Sequence record: MW248466.1
Strand: one strand, 5' to 3'
Length of the DNA: 64,000 nucleotides
The translations under genes were made by a program, and so were the position numbers. Shown here piece after piece: positions 9,637-18,319 of the stretch (positions within the stretch are counted from its first letter, which is position 1; every line of letters starts with the position of its first letter). The notes under the pieces were generated by a model that was not told the origin of the DNA, ran no database searches, and was given only the letters and a program-made list of their open reading frames with translations.

Positions 9637-11550
9637 ATGACAAATGAAGAAATTGTTTTAGACTTGAAATTAGGTAAGTACAATGATTATTTACACTCAG
9701 ATAATTATTTTGAAACTTTAGAAGCTTTAAAGAAAGATATTATTAGTAATCCTCAAAAAAGAATGGAAGACTATTTTGAAGAAAATATATCTAAAAGTAA
9801 TTATTTCACTTTATTAGTACTAGGTAAACCTTTCAGAGATATGAATAAAGAGTTTACGGAAGAATATTTAGTTAATCCAACTGATATTGACGATTATTAT
9901 GATTATTTTGACAAAGTTGTTGTTAACTTTATTCATGAAGGACATGATCCGATAAAAGTTAGTCAATCAATTGCATTTGTTATTGACGAATTAACTATAT
10001 TTTCAAATGAATATATTTTACCTTTAGATGGACCATCTATCTCATTATACGATATTATGAGATTGGCTAATGAAGATAAAGAAATAGAGAAATTAATCAA
10101 CTTTGATAAAGAAGACATTGACCCTAACTTAAACTATCAGCAAATCATTAATGAAGTTCAAAAACCTAATATGCATAAATTAATTGATCGTATTAAATCT
10201 GATAAAGAAAATGATTATAAAACTTTCTTACATTCAGGAACAGGTATTAATAAGATACAATTGAATGAGGTTTTAAGTTTCGTAGGATATAAACCAGATA
10301 TTCGTGGTGATGTTGTAACTGATATTATTGATACATCATTCATGCGTGGTTTAAAAGATACAACTCAATTTGCTATTGATGCAGAATCTTCATTAAACGC
10401 ATTAATGAACTCTAAGAATAAAGTACGTGAATCAGGATACTTAAACCGTAAAATTACTTTATTAACTTCAGACTTAAAATTATCAGAAACTGAAGATTGT
10501 GAAAGTAAACATTTCGTTTACGTTAATATGAACAGTCAAGATAAATTAGATAGATTTAATGATAGATTCTATTATGATGATACAGATCAAGAATTGAAAT
10601 TAATTAATTCTAAAGAAGATAATCATTTAATAGGACAGATTGTCCCATTACGTTCACCTATTACATGTGCTGAATCTAAAGGAAAAATATGTCAAACTTG
10701 TTACGGTAAACGTTTATATAACATTAATAGAAACTTATCTGTAGGTATATTAGCTACTTTAAGATTAACAGAACCTATGACTCAAAAATTATTATCAACA
10801 AAACACTTACAAGCAGTACAATTATCTGAATTCTCTTGGCCAGATATCTTCAAAGAACACTTTGAATTCTCTGGAGATAATATTGTTCCACGTAATGAAA
10901 AGACTAAGGTTATTATTGATGAAATGGTTATTAATGAAGATTATGAATATGGAAGATATAAAGCTAATAGTTTTAAATTTAAAGTAGGTACTAAAATTCA
11001 TACAGTTAAATCACCTGTAATTCTTAAAATACCAGATCAAAATATTGAGACTATGGATAAATTTTACGATGAAGATGAAAATGCATTTATATTCAGTATG
11101 AAAGACTTAAAAGAGAATTTCTTATTTAATATTAAAATTAAAAATGAAGGCGTTGCTGATCCACTTCTTAAAATACGTTCTATATTAGAAAGTACTAAAT
11201 ACATTAGAAATGATTATGAAGAAAACAACTATCAAGCAATGTTCAATGATGTAACAGATTTATTACTTAAATCAGGTACAGATGTTATGAGTGTTCATTT
11301 AGAAACTATTATTAGAAACATGGTATTCTTAAATGAAGATTATAAAGAAAGAACTAAATATAGAGATCCTGAATTTGAACCTGATATTGAATTGAAGAAT
11401 GTAGGTAGTGCTATTTTAAGTTCACCTTCACCAGTTCAATCATTAATATTTGAGAAGATTAAAGCTCAGTTAAGTACTGATGACACTAATAACTTCTTCA
11501 GTAAAGATGGAGATTCAATGTTCGATCCGTTATTTGATTTTGATATTTAA
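9637..11550 (+). CDS. rpoC: phage multisubunit RNA polymerase beta'-like subunit, C-terminal part (probably non-virion RNAP)
   Basis: Bridge helix ESGYLNRKI, Zn site RSPITC...ICQTCYG, trigger-loop EPMTQKLLSTKH. Size matches the AR9 nvRNAP beta'-C subunit from memory (inference). Confidence 0.88.
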   Translation: MTNEEIVLDLKLGKYNDYLHSDNYFETLEALKKDIISNPQKRMEDYFEENISKSNYFTLLVLGKPFRDMNKEFTEEYLVNPTDIDDYYDYFDKVVVNFIHEGHDPIKVSQSIAFVIDELTIFSNEYILPLDGPSISLYDIMRLANEDKEIEKLINFDKEDIDPNLNYQQIINEVQKPNMHKLIDRIKSDKENDYKTFLHSGTGINKIQLNEVLSFVGYKPDIRGDVVTDIIDTSFMRGLKDTTQFAIDAESSLNALMNSKNKVRESGYLNRKITLLTSDLKLSETEDCESKHFVYVNMNSQDKLDRFNDRFYYDDTDQELKLINSKEDNHLIGQIVPLRSPITCAESKGKICQTCYGKRLYNINRNLSVGILATLRLTEPMTQKLLSTKHLQAVQLSEFSWPDIFKEHFEFSGDNIVPRNEKTKVIIDEMVINEDYEYGRYKANSFKFKVGTKIHTVKSPVILKIPDQNIETMDKFYDEDENAFIFSMKDLKENFLFNIKIKNEGVADPLLKIRSILESTKYIRNDYEENNYQAMFNDVTDLLLKSGTDVMSVHLETIIRNMVFLNEDYKERTKYRDPEFEPDIELKNVGSAILSSPSPVQSLIFEKIKAQLSTDDTNNFFSKDGDSMFDPLFDFDI

Positions 11551-11563
11551 AACAATATATTAC

Positions 11564-11595
11564 AACCAAACTTCTATTAACTTAGGAGTTTGGTT
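11564..11595 (+). terminator. hairpin terminator
   Basis: 12-bp stem AACCAAACTTCT/AGGAGTTTGGTT. Confidence 0.6.
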
Positions 11596-11624
11596 ATATA
11601 TAATAACTATAGGAGGAATTTAAT

Positions 11625-11918
11625 ATGAAAGAAGAAAATTTATTAAGAGACAATTTATACGAGCAATACGATTATAATAAGGATGATAAGTTAGAAAAGG
11701 CTATAATGAAGAATTGTTATATCGTTTTTGATAATCTAAGTGAAGATGGAGAGAAAAATGTCTATATAATATCGGAGCTAGAAGTAAATAAAGATCAAAT
11801 TTTATCATTTATCTTATTTAAAGATGATATACCTGTTTCAACTCATAGTTTTTCAATTGAAAATGTTTATGAATTTAATGAACTTGACAAGCTTATATTA
11901 AAAAGTATTAATTCTTAA
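11625..11918 (+). CDS. hypothetical protein
   Basis: 97 aa, AGGAGG RBS. Confidence 0.8.
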   Translation: MKEENLLRDNLYEQYDYNKDDKLEKAIMKNCYIVFDNLSEDGEKNVYIISELEVNKDQILSFILFKDDIPVSTHSFSIENVYEFNELDKLILKSINS

Positions 11919-11986
11919 AAAATTAATTTTTTATAATAACTGTTAGATATAAAATTTTAAAGTAAAAAAGGAGAATCTAATTTAAC

Positions 11987-12433
11987 ATGGAAATTTTCAA
12001 ATTAAAAGAATTAGAATGTAAACAAGAACAAACAATCGAATTAACTGGTGATGATAAAAATCTTAAAGAAATTAGAGAAGCATTCTTTAATAGTCAATCA
12101 GGTACTTATATGGTAAATAAAACTATCAATGATAATATTGAAGAATTCTTCAAACATGCTGAAGATGGAGTAACTGTAGATGATGTTTATAAACTTAATG
12201 TAATTGTTGAAGACGACAAACAAATTACTTTAGTTAAAGCTGAAAAAGATGATCAATTTAAGAAAGGATGTTTCTATATGGTATTTGACTTAATGGGTGC
12301 TGTACCTGTTTATACTGATTTAGAAAATCCTGAATCTACATTTGATTTGTCTGGTATGTTTAAAGAGGATGGTTTCGATTTCTTTAAAACTATTGCAGAA
12401 GTATTCCCTACTACTATTGAGCTTAAACAATAA
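11987..12433 (+). CDS. hypothetical protein
   Basis: 148 aa, AAGGAG RBS. Confidence 0.85.
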   Translation: MEIFKLKELECKQEQTIELTGDDKNLKEIREAFFNSQSGTYMVNKTINDNIEEFFKHAEDGVTVDDVYKLNVIVEDDKQITLVKAEKDDQFKKGCFYMVFDLMGAVPVYTDLENPESTFDLSGMFKEDGFDFFKTIAEVFPTTIELKQ

Positions 12434-12450
12434 AGAAAGAAGCTGATACT

Positions 12451-13998
12451 ATGGTAGTATTAAATGAAACAAGAAAAATAAAAGTATCTGTATATCCTAC
12501 TCGTATATTAGTTGAAAATTACGAGTTAGGATTTTGTTCTGCAGTAGAAAATTATTTATCAGTGTGGGATAAAATATATCATAAACACACTTATAAAGCT
12601 TTTAAATATGATGAAGAAAATAAAACTATATCTTTTCCAGCAGGTATTAATACTAAATTATTATTACAGTCATTAAAAAATCATGGAGAAATTGATTATC
12701 AAGATTTCAGAGCAGTTGAAAATTTATTCTTTAAACCTAAACCAAATTATGATGTTAAAATGAATTTTAAACCTAGAGATCTTCTACAAAGAAAAGCTAT
12801 AGAATTTTTAAATTCATTTAGTATATATGATCCATCAACTCAAAAATTTCTTTCATTACAAACTGGTGAAGGTAAAACTTTCTGTGCTTTAAAATCGGTT
12901 ATTGACAGAGAATTAGTACCTATGATTTTTGTTAATAACAATAAACTTAAAGAGCAATGGGAAGAAAAAATAAAAGAGTACACTAATGTTGATGATGAAA
13001 AGATATATGTGATTCAAGGGCGACCAAGTATCAATAAGCTATTTAAAATGAAATCTAAAGAAAGAAATAAAATAGATTTCTATATAGTAATGTATAAAAC
13101 GTTAAATTCTTTTATTCAAGAAGACGAAGAAAGATTACAAGAATTACTATTGAAAACTAAAGTAGGTATTAAGATATTTGATGAAGCACATTTAGATTTT
13201 CGCAGTTTAACTAATATTGATATACAAACAGATTTACCATCAATATACTTATCAGCCACACCTAGAAGATCTGATAAATCAGAGAATATGGTATTTAGTA
13301 ATATATTCTTAAAAACACCTATATTTAGCTCTGATAATTATGATAGACAAATAGCTAATAACAGAAAAATACCATCTAAATATCATGACGTATTTATTAT
13401 TAGATGGAATAGTAATCCTAAAGAAGTTGAATTAGCTGATTTCATGAAAGCTTCTAAACGTAATGGACTTAATGTAAATCATTATAGTAAATATTTAATT
13501 GAAGAAGATAAAAGAAGAAAAGAATACTTTGATATTGTATTTAACATTATTAATAATGTTGTTATGAAAGAAGAAGTTAAGAAGACTGTAGTTATGTTTA
13601 AATTGAAGAATATGATAGATGATTTTTATTCATATTTAGAAGATAAACTTGGCCCTGAAGGATTAGAATTTTTAAACTGTATTAGATACTATGATGGTAT
13701 TGATAAAGAAGAAAAAGATAAAGTATTAGAATCTAACTTGATTATTACTACTGATTTATCTTTAGGCACTGGAATAGATATACCTGGTTTAAAAGCTGTA
13801 ATTAATACAGTTCCTTTATCAAGTGAAAGTAAAGTAACTCAAATTATGGGTAGATTAAGATATATTGAAAATGAAAAATTGATGTTCTTTGATTTAATTG
13901 ATCATGGATTTAAAAAATTAGTTTCTCAAGGAAGTAATAGATTAAGAAATGTATATAAGAAAAAAGCTTTAAATATAACTGATTTTAAAATTAAATAA
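12451..13998 (+). CDS. superfamily 2 DExH helicase (UvsW-like)
   Basis: Walker A QTGEGKT, FDEAH, LSATP, motif VI QIMGRLR. Confidence 0.9.
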   Translation: MVVLNETRKIKVSVYPTRILVENYELGFCSAVENYLSVWDKIYHKHTYKAFKYDEENKTISFPAGINTKLLLQSLKNHGEIDYQDFRAVENLFFKPKPNYDVKMNFKPRDLLQRKAIEFLNSFSIYDPSTQKFLSLQTGEGKTFCALKSVIDRELVPMIFVNNNKLKEQWEEKIKEYTNVDDEKIYVIQGRPSINKLFKMKSKERNKIDFYIVMYKTLNSFIQEDEERLQELLLKTKVGIKIFDEAHLDFRSLTNIDIQTDLPSIYLSATPRRSDKSENMVFSNIFLKTPIFSSDNYDRQIANNRKIPSKYHDVFIIRWNSNPKEVELADFMKASKRNGLNVNHYSKYLIEEDKRRKEYFDIVFNIINNVVMKEEVKKTVVMFKLKNMIDDFYSYLEDKLGPEGLEFLNCIRYYDGIDKEEKDKVLESNLIITTDLSLGTGIDIPGLKAVINTVPLSSESKVTQIMGRLRYIENEKLMFFDLIDHGFKKLVSQGSNRLRNVYKKKALNITDFKIK

Positions 13999-14018
13999 TG
14001 AAAGGTTGTTGAGGTATT

Positions 14019-14729
14019 GTGTCTATTATATCTCGTGGAGAGGCTATTGATAATTATCAATACCTCAATGAATTATTTATAAGTTTTAGAAAAGAAATTA
14101 AAGAATTTTTATCTAGTGAGATATTTAAAATTAATCATACTGATTTTAAGAATTCTATTATAGGTAGTGTTAATTCAGAATTTAAAGTTAAAGAGGAAAA
14201 GGATTCAATATACTTGTTATTAGAAGATAAATTTATTGAATTCGATCTTTATGAAGGGTTTATCATTCTTTATGACTTTAAAGAGAATATTAGTTTAATG
14301 AAAGAAAAAATTGATATTCAAAAATCTATAATAGAGAATAAATTAGACACTAGATATAATGATAATTATAAACTTAAAAATAAGAATAAAAAATTTAATA
14401 ATGAAATAATTGACAAAAATAATGAACTTAATGAAAGAATTAAATTAGGTATTTTAACTAATGCATTACTAAATATGTTAAGAATGCCTAATTCATTTAA
14501 ATTAAGAGAAGAAATAGATGAACTTAATAAGAGTATTGAGAAGAATAATCTAATTATAGAGAATAATAATAGTAATATAAAACTATTAGAAGAAGATAAG
14601 AAAGATATTAGTAAATATGATTTTAGATTTACTAATGATAAATATTTATTCAATAAGATTAGTGAGTTTGTACAGTACTTTAAAAACGAATATGGTTTTG
14701 AATTTTATATTAAAAATGACACTATATAG
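14019..14729 (+). CDS. hypothetical coiled-coil protein
   Basis: 236-aa ORF with GAGG RBS. N-terminus resembles the next gene (KEIKEFLSSEIFK vs KEEIDRFFNNDLFK). Confidence 0.75.
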   Translation: MSIISRGEAIDNYQYLNELFISFRKEIKEFLSSEIFKINHTDFKNSIIGSVNSEFKVKEEKDSIYLLLEDKFIEFDLYEGFIILYDFKENISLMKEKIDIQKSIIENKLDTRYNDNYKLKNKNKKFNNEIIDKNNELNERIKLGILTNALLNMLRMPNSFKLREEIDELNKSIEKNNLIIENNNSNIKLLEEDKKDISKYDFRFTNDKYLFNKISEFVQYFKNEYGFEFYIKNDTI

Positions 14730-14740
14730 GGAGTAAATAT

Positions 14741-15397
14741 ATGAATAGCGAATTAAGCAAATTAAGTTTAGAAGATTTGAGTGATTTAAAAGAAGAAATC
14801 GATAGATTTTTCAATAACGATTTATTTAAATTTCCAAGAAAAGGTCTTGTGGATCATCTAACTTTACCTGTAGAGCATTATAATCTTTTAATAAGAAATA
14901 TAATAAAAGATAATGAATTAAAATTTACTTTTGTTGGTGCTGATATGATTATTTTTGATTTAAATGATTTGAAGGTAAAGATATCTAATAAATATAAACA
15001 TAAACTTCAATTAGCCAAAAAATCTCTATACTATAATTATGACGGTTTTTCAGGTAAAGAAAGTCTTTCAGATGTAATAAAAAACGAAAAGAAATTAATA
15101 GAAGAAAGATTTTTATTTGAAAATAATATAAAAGCTATTAATAATGAAATATCAAATATAGAGAATAAATTTGGTATTAAATTTGTTTTTAGTGAAAATT
15201 TTGAAGGATACGAAATAGAAATAAATGAAAAATCTGATGAAGCAGAAATTTATATTTCAAAAAATAAAGAAGAAACTGAAAAAGATAATATAATTGAAGA
15301 TAATAAAGTTACTAAAGAAAGTAATGAACATGAAATTACACATAGTAAAAAAGATTCTTTAATTAAAAGAATAATTAAGAGAGTGGTGAAATTTTAA
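14741..15397 (+). CDS. hypothetical protein (possible paralog of 14019..14729)
   Basis: 218 aa, GGGAG RBS. Confidence 0.75.
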   Translation: MNSELSKLSLEDLSDLKEEIDRFFNNDLFKFPRKGLVDHLTLPVEHYNLLIRNIIKDNELKFTFVGADMIIFDLNDLKVKISNKYKHKLQLAKKSLYYNYDGFSGKESLSDVIKNEKKLIEERFLFENNIKAINNEISNIENKFGIKFVFSENFEGYEIEINEKSDEAEIYISKNKEETEKDNIIEDNKVTKESNEHEITHSKKDSLIKRIIKRVVKF

Positions 15398-15997
15398 ATG
15401 ACTGAAGAAAAATTACCTGCATTAAATATTATTGCTTCTGCAGTAACTACTACACCTAAGACTAATACAGAATTTATTAATATGACATTTATGGTAGATA
15501 ATCCTAAATTTAAAAGTATGTATTTAGAATTTTCTGACATTGATTTATCAGAAGTATTTAAAAACGAAATGCTTAAAGAAGCTTATGAAAACGGCCAATT
15601 AGCAGAATATACTAAAATTGATCAGACTTTAGATAGTTACAATATTAGAATGATTAAAGATGATACAGTTGTACAAATACAACGTATTAGAGATTACTTT
15701 GAAGAATTATCTGAATATGCTGATAAATTAATATTTTGGGTTGATGAGATTACTTTATGGTCTCAGTTAATAGAATTAGTTTATGGAGGTTCGTCAGATA
15801 ACACATATGAATTACCTTCATACATTGACTTCCAACCTATCGATATTAAATCAGTGGTTAGAATGTCAGCTATAAGAGATGATGATTATTCATATGCAGA
15901 AGAACTAATGGGAACAAGTGAATCACTAACAGATTCATCTTTATCAATTTCATCATTCTTATTAACATTCATTAAAAATGCTGGAATATTAAAATAA
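15398..15997 (+). CDS. degenerate DEDDh/Rv2179c-like 3'-5' exonuclease-fold protein
   Basis: Pattern MYLEFSDID...IFWVDEITLWSQLIELVYG...LPSYIDFQPIDIKSV resembles this family, but the ExoI acidic residues are missing. Confidence 0.45.
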   Translation: MTEEKLPALNIIASAVTTTPKTNTEFINMTFMVDNPKFKSMYLEFSDIDLSEVFKNEMLKEAYENGQLAEYTKIDQTLDSYNIRMIKDDTVVQIQRIRDYFEELSEYADKLIFWVDEITLWSQLIELVYGGSSDNTYELPSYIDFQPIDIKSVVRMSAIRDDDYSYAEELMGTSESLTDSSLSISSFLLTFIKNAGILK

Positions 15998-15999
15998 AG

Positions 16000-16018
16000 T
16001 TTTAAATATATATTATAA
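16000..16018 (+). promoter_or_regulatory. phage early-type promoter motif TTTTAAATATATATTATAA
   Basis: Identical or near-identical copies at 38769, 41618, 53648 and 63182(-). Confidence 0.7.
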
Positions 16019-16068
16019 TGATGTATTAATAATAGAATATTTATTAATATAAATAATTTAAATGGAGA

Positions 16069-17328
16069 GTGTCAGATATTATGTTAACAAATTTTAAAGA
16101 TCATTTACACAGAGGCGGAAACCTTTCAGTTTCAATTTATACTTTATTTACTAGAAAGAATAAGAATACTGGTAATGCTATTCATGGCGAGTATATTAAC
16201 ACTTATCAATCAAGTCAATATAACAATGTACCTTTCTTAAGTGAAATTGAAAATAATGGTAATCATTATATTTCTTTCTCTTATAACAAGTTCCAACAAG
16301 GTCAAGCACCTATTCGTGAAGACGTATTAATCAGTTATCCACACTTACAAGAATTTAATAATTTCTTAAAAGCAACTTATACAAGCATTAGTGAGAATTT
16401 TAATAATATTTTCTCTAATAATCAAGTTAATCCGGAATATCAACAACATATTTGGCAATCACCAAAATTAGTATCTGGTAAAGAAATTGCTATTGCACCT
16501 GCAGTAATTCAAAATAATAGAACTAATAATTTTGAAATTGGTTTTAATATTATGGTAAATGATACTAATAAATATGATTTTGTATCATCCAACACATTTA
16601 TTAGTTTAGTTACTTTATTAGCTAAAATTACTAATGATCCATTGACATTTAGAAATCAATGTGTTCAAGCAGAAATGCAAGCTAAAGAAATTGAAAATAA
16701 TCAATTATTAAAAGGTCTATTAAGAGCTCAAGGTTTACCTACAGATATGAGTAATCATCATATGGATGAAAAATCAGCTCAAGGTAATGCTCCACGTAAC
16801 AATAACTTTAATAATAACAATGGTGGAGGTTTCAATAACAATAACCAATTCGGTAATTTCGGTGGTAATAACGGAAATTTTAACCAAGCTCCACAACAAC
16901 AAAATAAATTTAATCAACCACAATCTAATAATCAATCTCAAGGAAATTCTTTTGGAAATTTTAATCAACCTCAACAACAACAAAATCAACAACCAGTACA
17001 ACAAAATGATAACCCTTTTAACGTAAGTCCGCAACAATCAGCTCCACAACAAAGTAGCAGTAGTAATCCATTTAATGTTGGTCAAACGGATCAAATTAAT
17101 GATGACGATTTACCATTTGAAACTAAAGAAACTCCACAACAAGATGATAGACAAATTGATAAATCTAACATGTTTAAAGATGCTGAAGTTAACAAAGAAT
17201 CAGGTTCTTTAGAAGACTTATCAAATACAGTAAATACTGAAAGTGAAGGTAAAGCTAGTTCTTTACTAGATGATTTCATTAAAAAAGGTAAAGAATCAGA
17301 ACAAGAAGATGATGATTTAGGAATTTAA
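16069..17328 (+). CDS. putative single-stranded DNA-binding protein with long N/Q/G-rich disordered linker
   Basis: Structured N-terminal ~230 aa, N/Q/G/F-rich linker, SSB-like DDDLPF motif and acidic tail EDDDLGI. Confidence 0.55.
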   Translation: MSDIMLTNFKDHLHRGGNLSVSIYTLFTRKNKNTGNAIHGEYINTYQSSQYNNVPFLSEIENNGNHYISFSYNKFQQGQAPIREDVLISYPHLQEFNNFLKATYTSISENFNNIFSNNQVNPEYQQHIWQSPKLVSGKEIAIAPAVIQNNRTNNFEIGFNIMVNDTNKYDFVSSNTFISLVTLLAKITNDPLTFRNQCVQAEMQAKEIENNQLLKGLLRAQGLPTDMSNHHMDEKSAQGNAPRNNNFNNNNGGGFNNNNQFGNFGGNNGNFNQAPQQQNKFNQPQSNNQSQGNSFGNFNQPQQQQNQQPVQQNDNPFNVSPQQSAPQQSSSSNPFNVGQTDQINDDDLPFETKETPQQDDRQIDKSNMFKDAEVNKESGSLEDLSNTVNTESEGKASSLLDDFIKKGKESEQEDDDLGI

Positions 17329-17340
17329 GAATTAAATAAT

Positions 17341-17380
17341 ATGTGGTCTAATATGGATAAATATCTGTATTAGATCATAT
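17341..17380 (+). terminator. long hairpin terminator
   Basis: 18-bp stem with four G-U pairs, followed by a T-run. Confidence 0.65.
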
Positions 17381-17412
17381 ATACCTTTTATTTTTTATAA
17401 AAAATAAATAAA

Positions 17413-18264
17413 GTGAGTGAATATTATATGGCAAATAAAAAGGATCTAAGTGAGTTAGAAAGAATTATAAGTAGTATGGACACTATCGATGTTAGAGAAG
17501 TTTTTAAAGATGTAAGAAGTTCAGATAATGTTAATGAAGAAGATGATTTAAATTCATCTAAATATAAAGGTGATATTAAAGGTTTAGTAACTAAAGAAGA
17601 ATATGAAAGTCTTCCATATTTAGGTAAACGTGCTATTCAGTTTATGGAAAATATTGCAGCTGATAAAGAAAATTTAGATTTTGAATCTTATTTTGAAAGA
17701 TATGCAAAAGCATATGGTAAAGATGAAATTGATGCATTTAAAAACACTATGTACAGACTTAAAAGTAGTAAAGTTTTTACAATACAGTCATTAATGACAA
17801 TTACTGAAGCTATTGATTATAAAGTTCATATAATAACTGAAGAATTTAAAGATATTGATGAATTAAGATTATATGAACCTAAACGTAAAGTTAAATCTTC
17901 TAGATTTATGGGTAAATTAAAATTTGATTTAATGCCAGATGTTATATATGAAGACTTTATATTAGAGTTTGTAGAGTTTTTAGAAGAATTAGGAAAAGAA
18001 GGATATACTTTTGAGATGTTATTCGGAGAACTTGAAATTAATTCTGATGAGAAAAATCCTATAAGTAAAATTAAATCATCTATGGATAAAATGATCAAGC
18101 AAGGTAAACTAACTTGGAAGACTATGGAAACCATAACAGAGTCTTTAGGTATGAATATTAAAGTTGATTTTATAAAGGATGTTATTGATACTGATGAAGT
18201 TAATAAAATTGATGCATCTAATCAAATACAACTAGAAGATGATAGTATAATTCATAAGAAATAA
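17413..18264 (+). CDS. putative DNA-binding protein with two XRE-like HTH repeats
   Basis: Repeats FTIQSLMTITEAIDYKVHI and LTWKTMETITESLGMNIKV resemble the C-terminal half of Cro/C1 HTH domains. Confidence 0.5.
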   Translation: MSEYYMANKKDLSELERIISSMDTIDVREVFKDVRSSDNVNEEDDLNSSKYKGDIKGLVTKEEYESLPYLGKRAIQFMENIAADKENLDFESYFERYAKAYGKDEIDAFKNTMYRLKSSKVFTIQSLMTITEAIDYKVHIITEEFKDIDELRLYEPKRKVKSSRFMGKLKFDLMPDVIYEDFILEFVEFLEELGKEGYTFEMLFGELEINSDEKNPISKIKSSMDKMIKQGKLTWKTMETITESLGMNIKVDFIKDVIDTDEVNKIDASNQIQLEDDSIIHKK

Positions 18265-18271
18265 AATATAT

Positions 18272-18301
18272 CCCCTAACCTTATTAATTTAAGGTTAGGG
18301 G
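18272..18301. terminator. bidirectional terminator, repeated family
   Basis: CCCCTAACCTTATTAATTTAAGGTTAGGGG between convergent genes; same core at 40793 and 45721. Confidence 0.85.
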
Positions 18302-18319
18302 AATTTATATCATTTTTTT

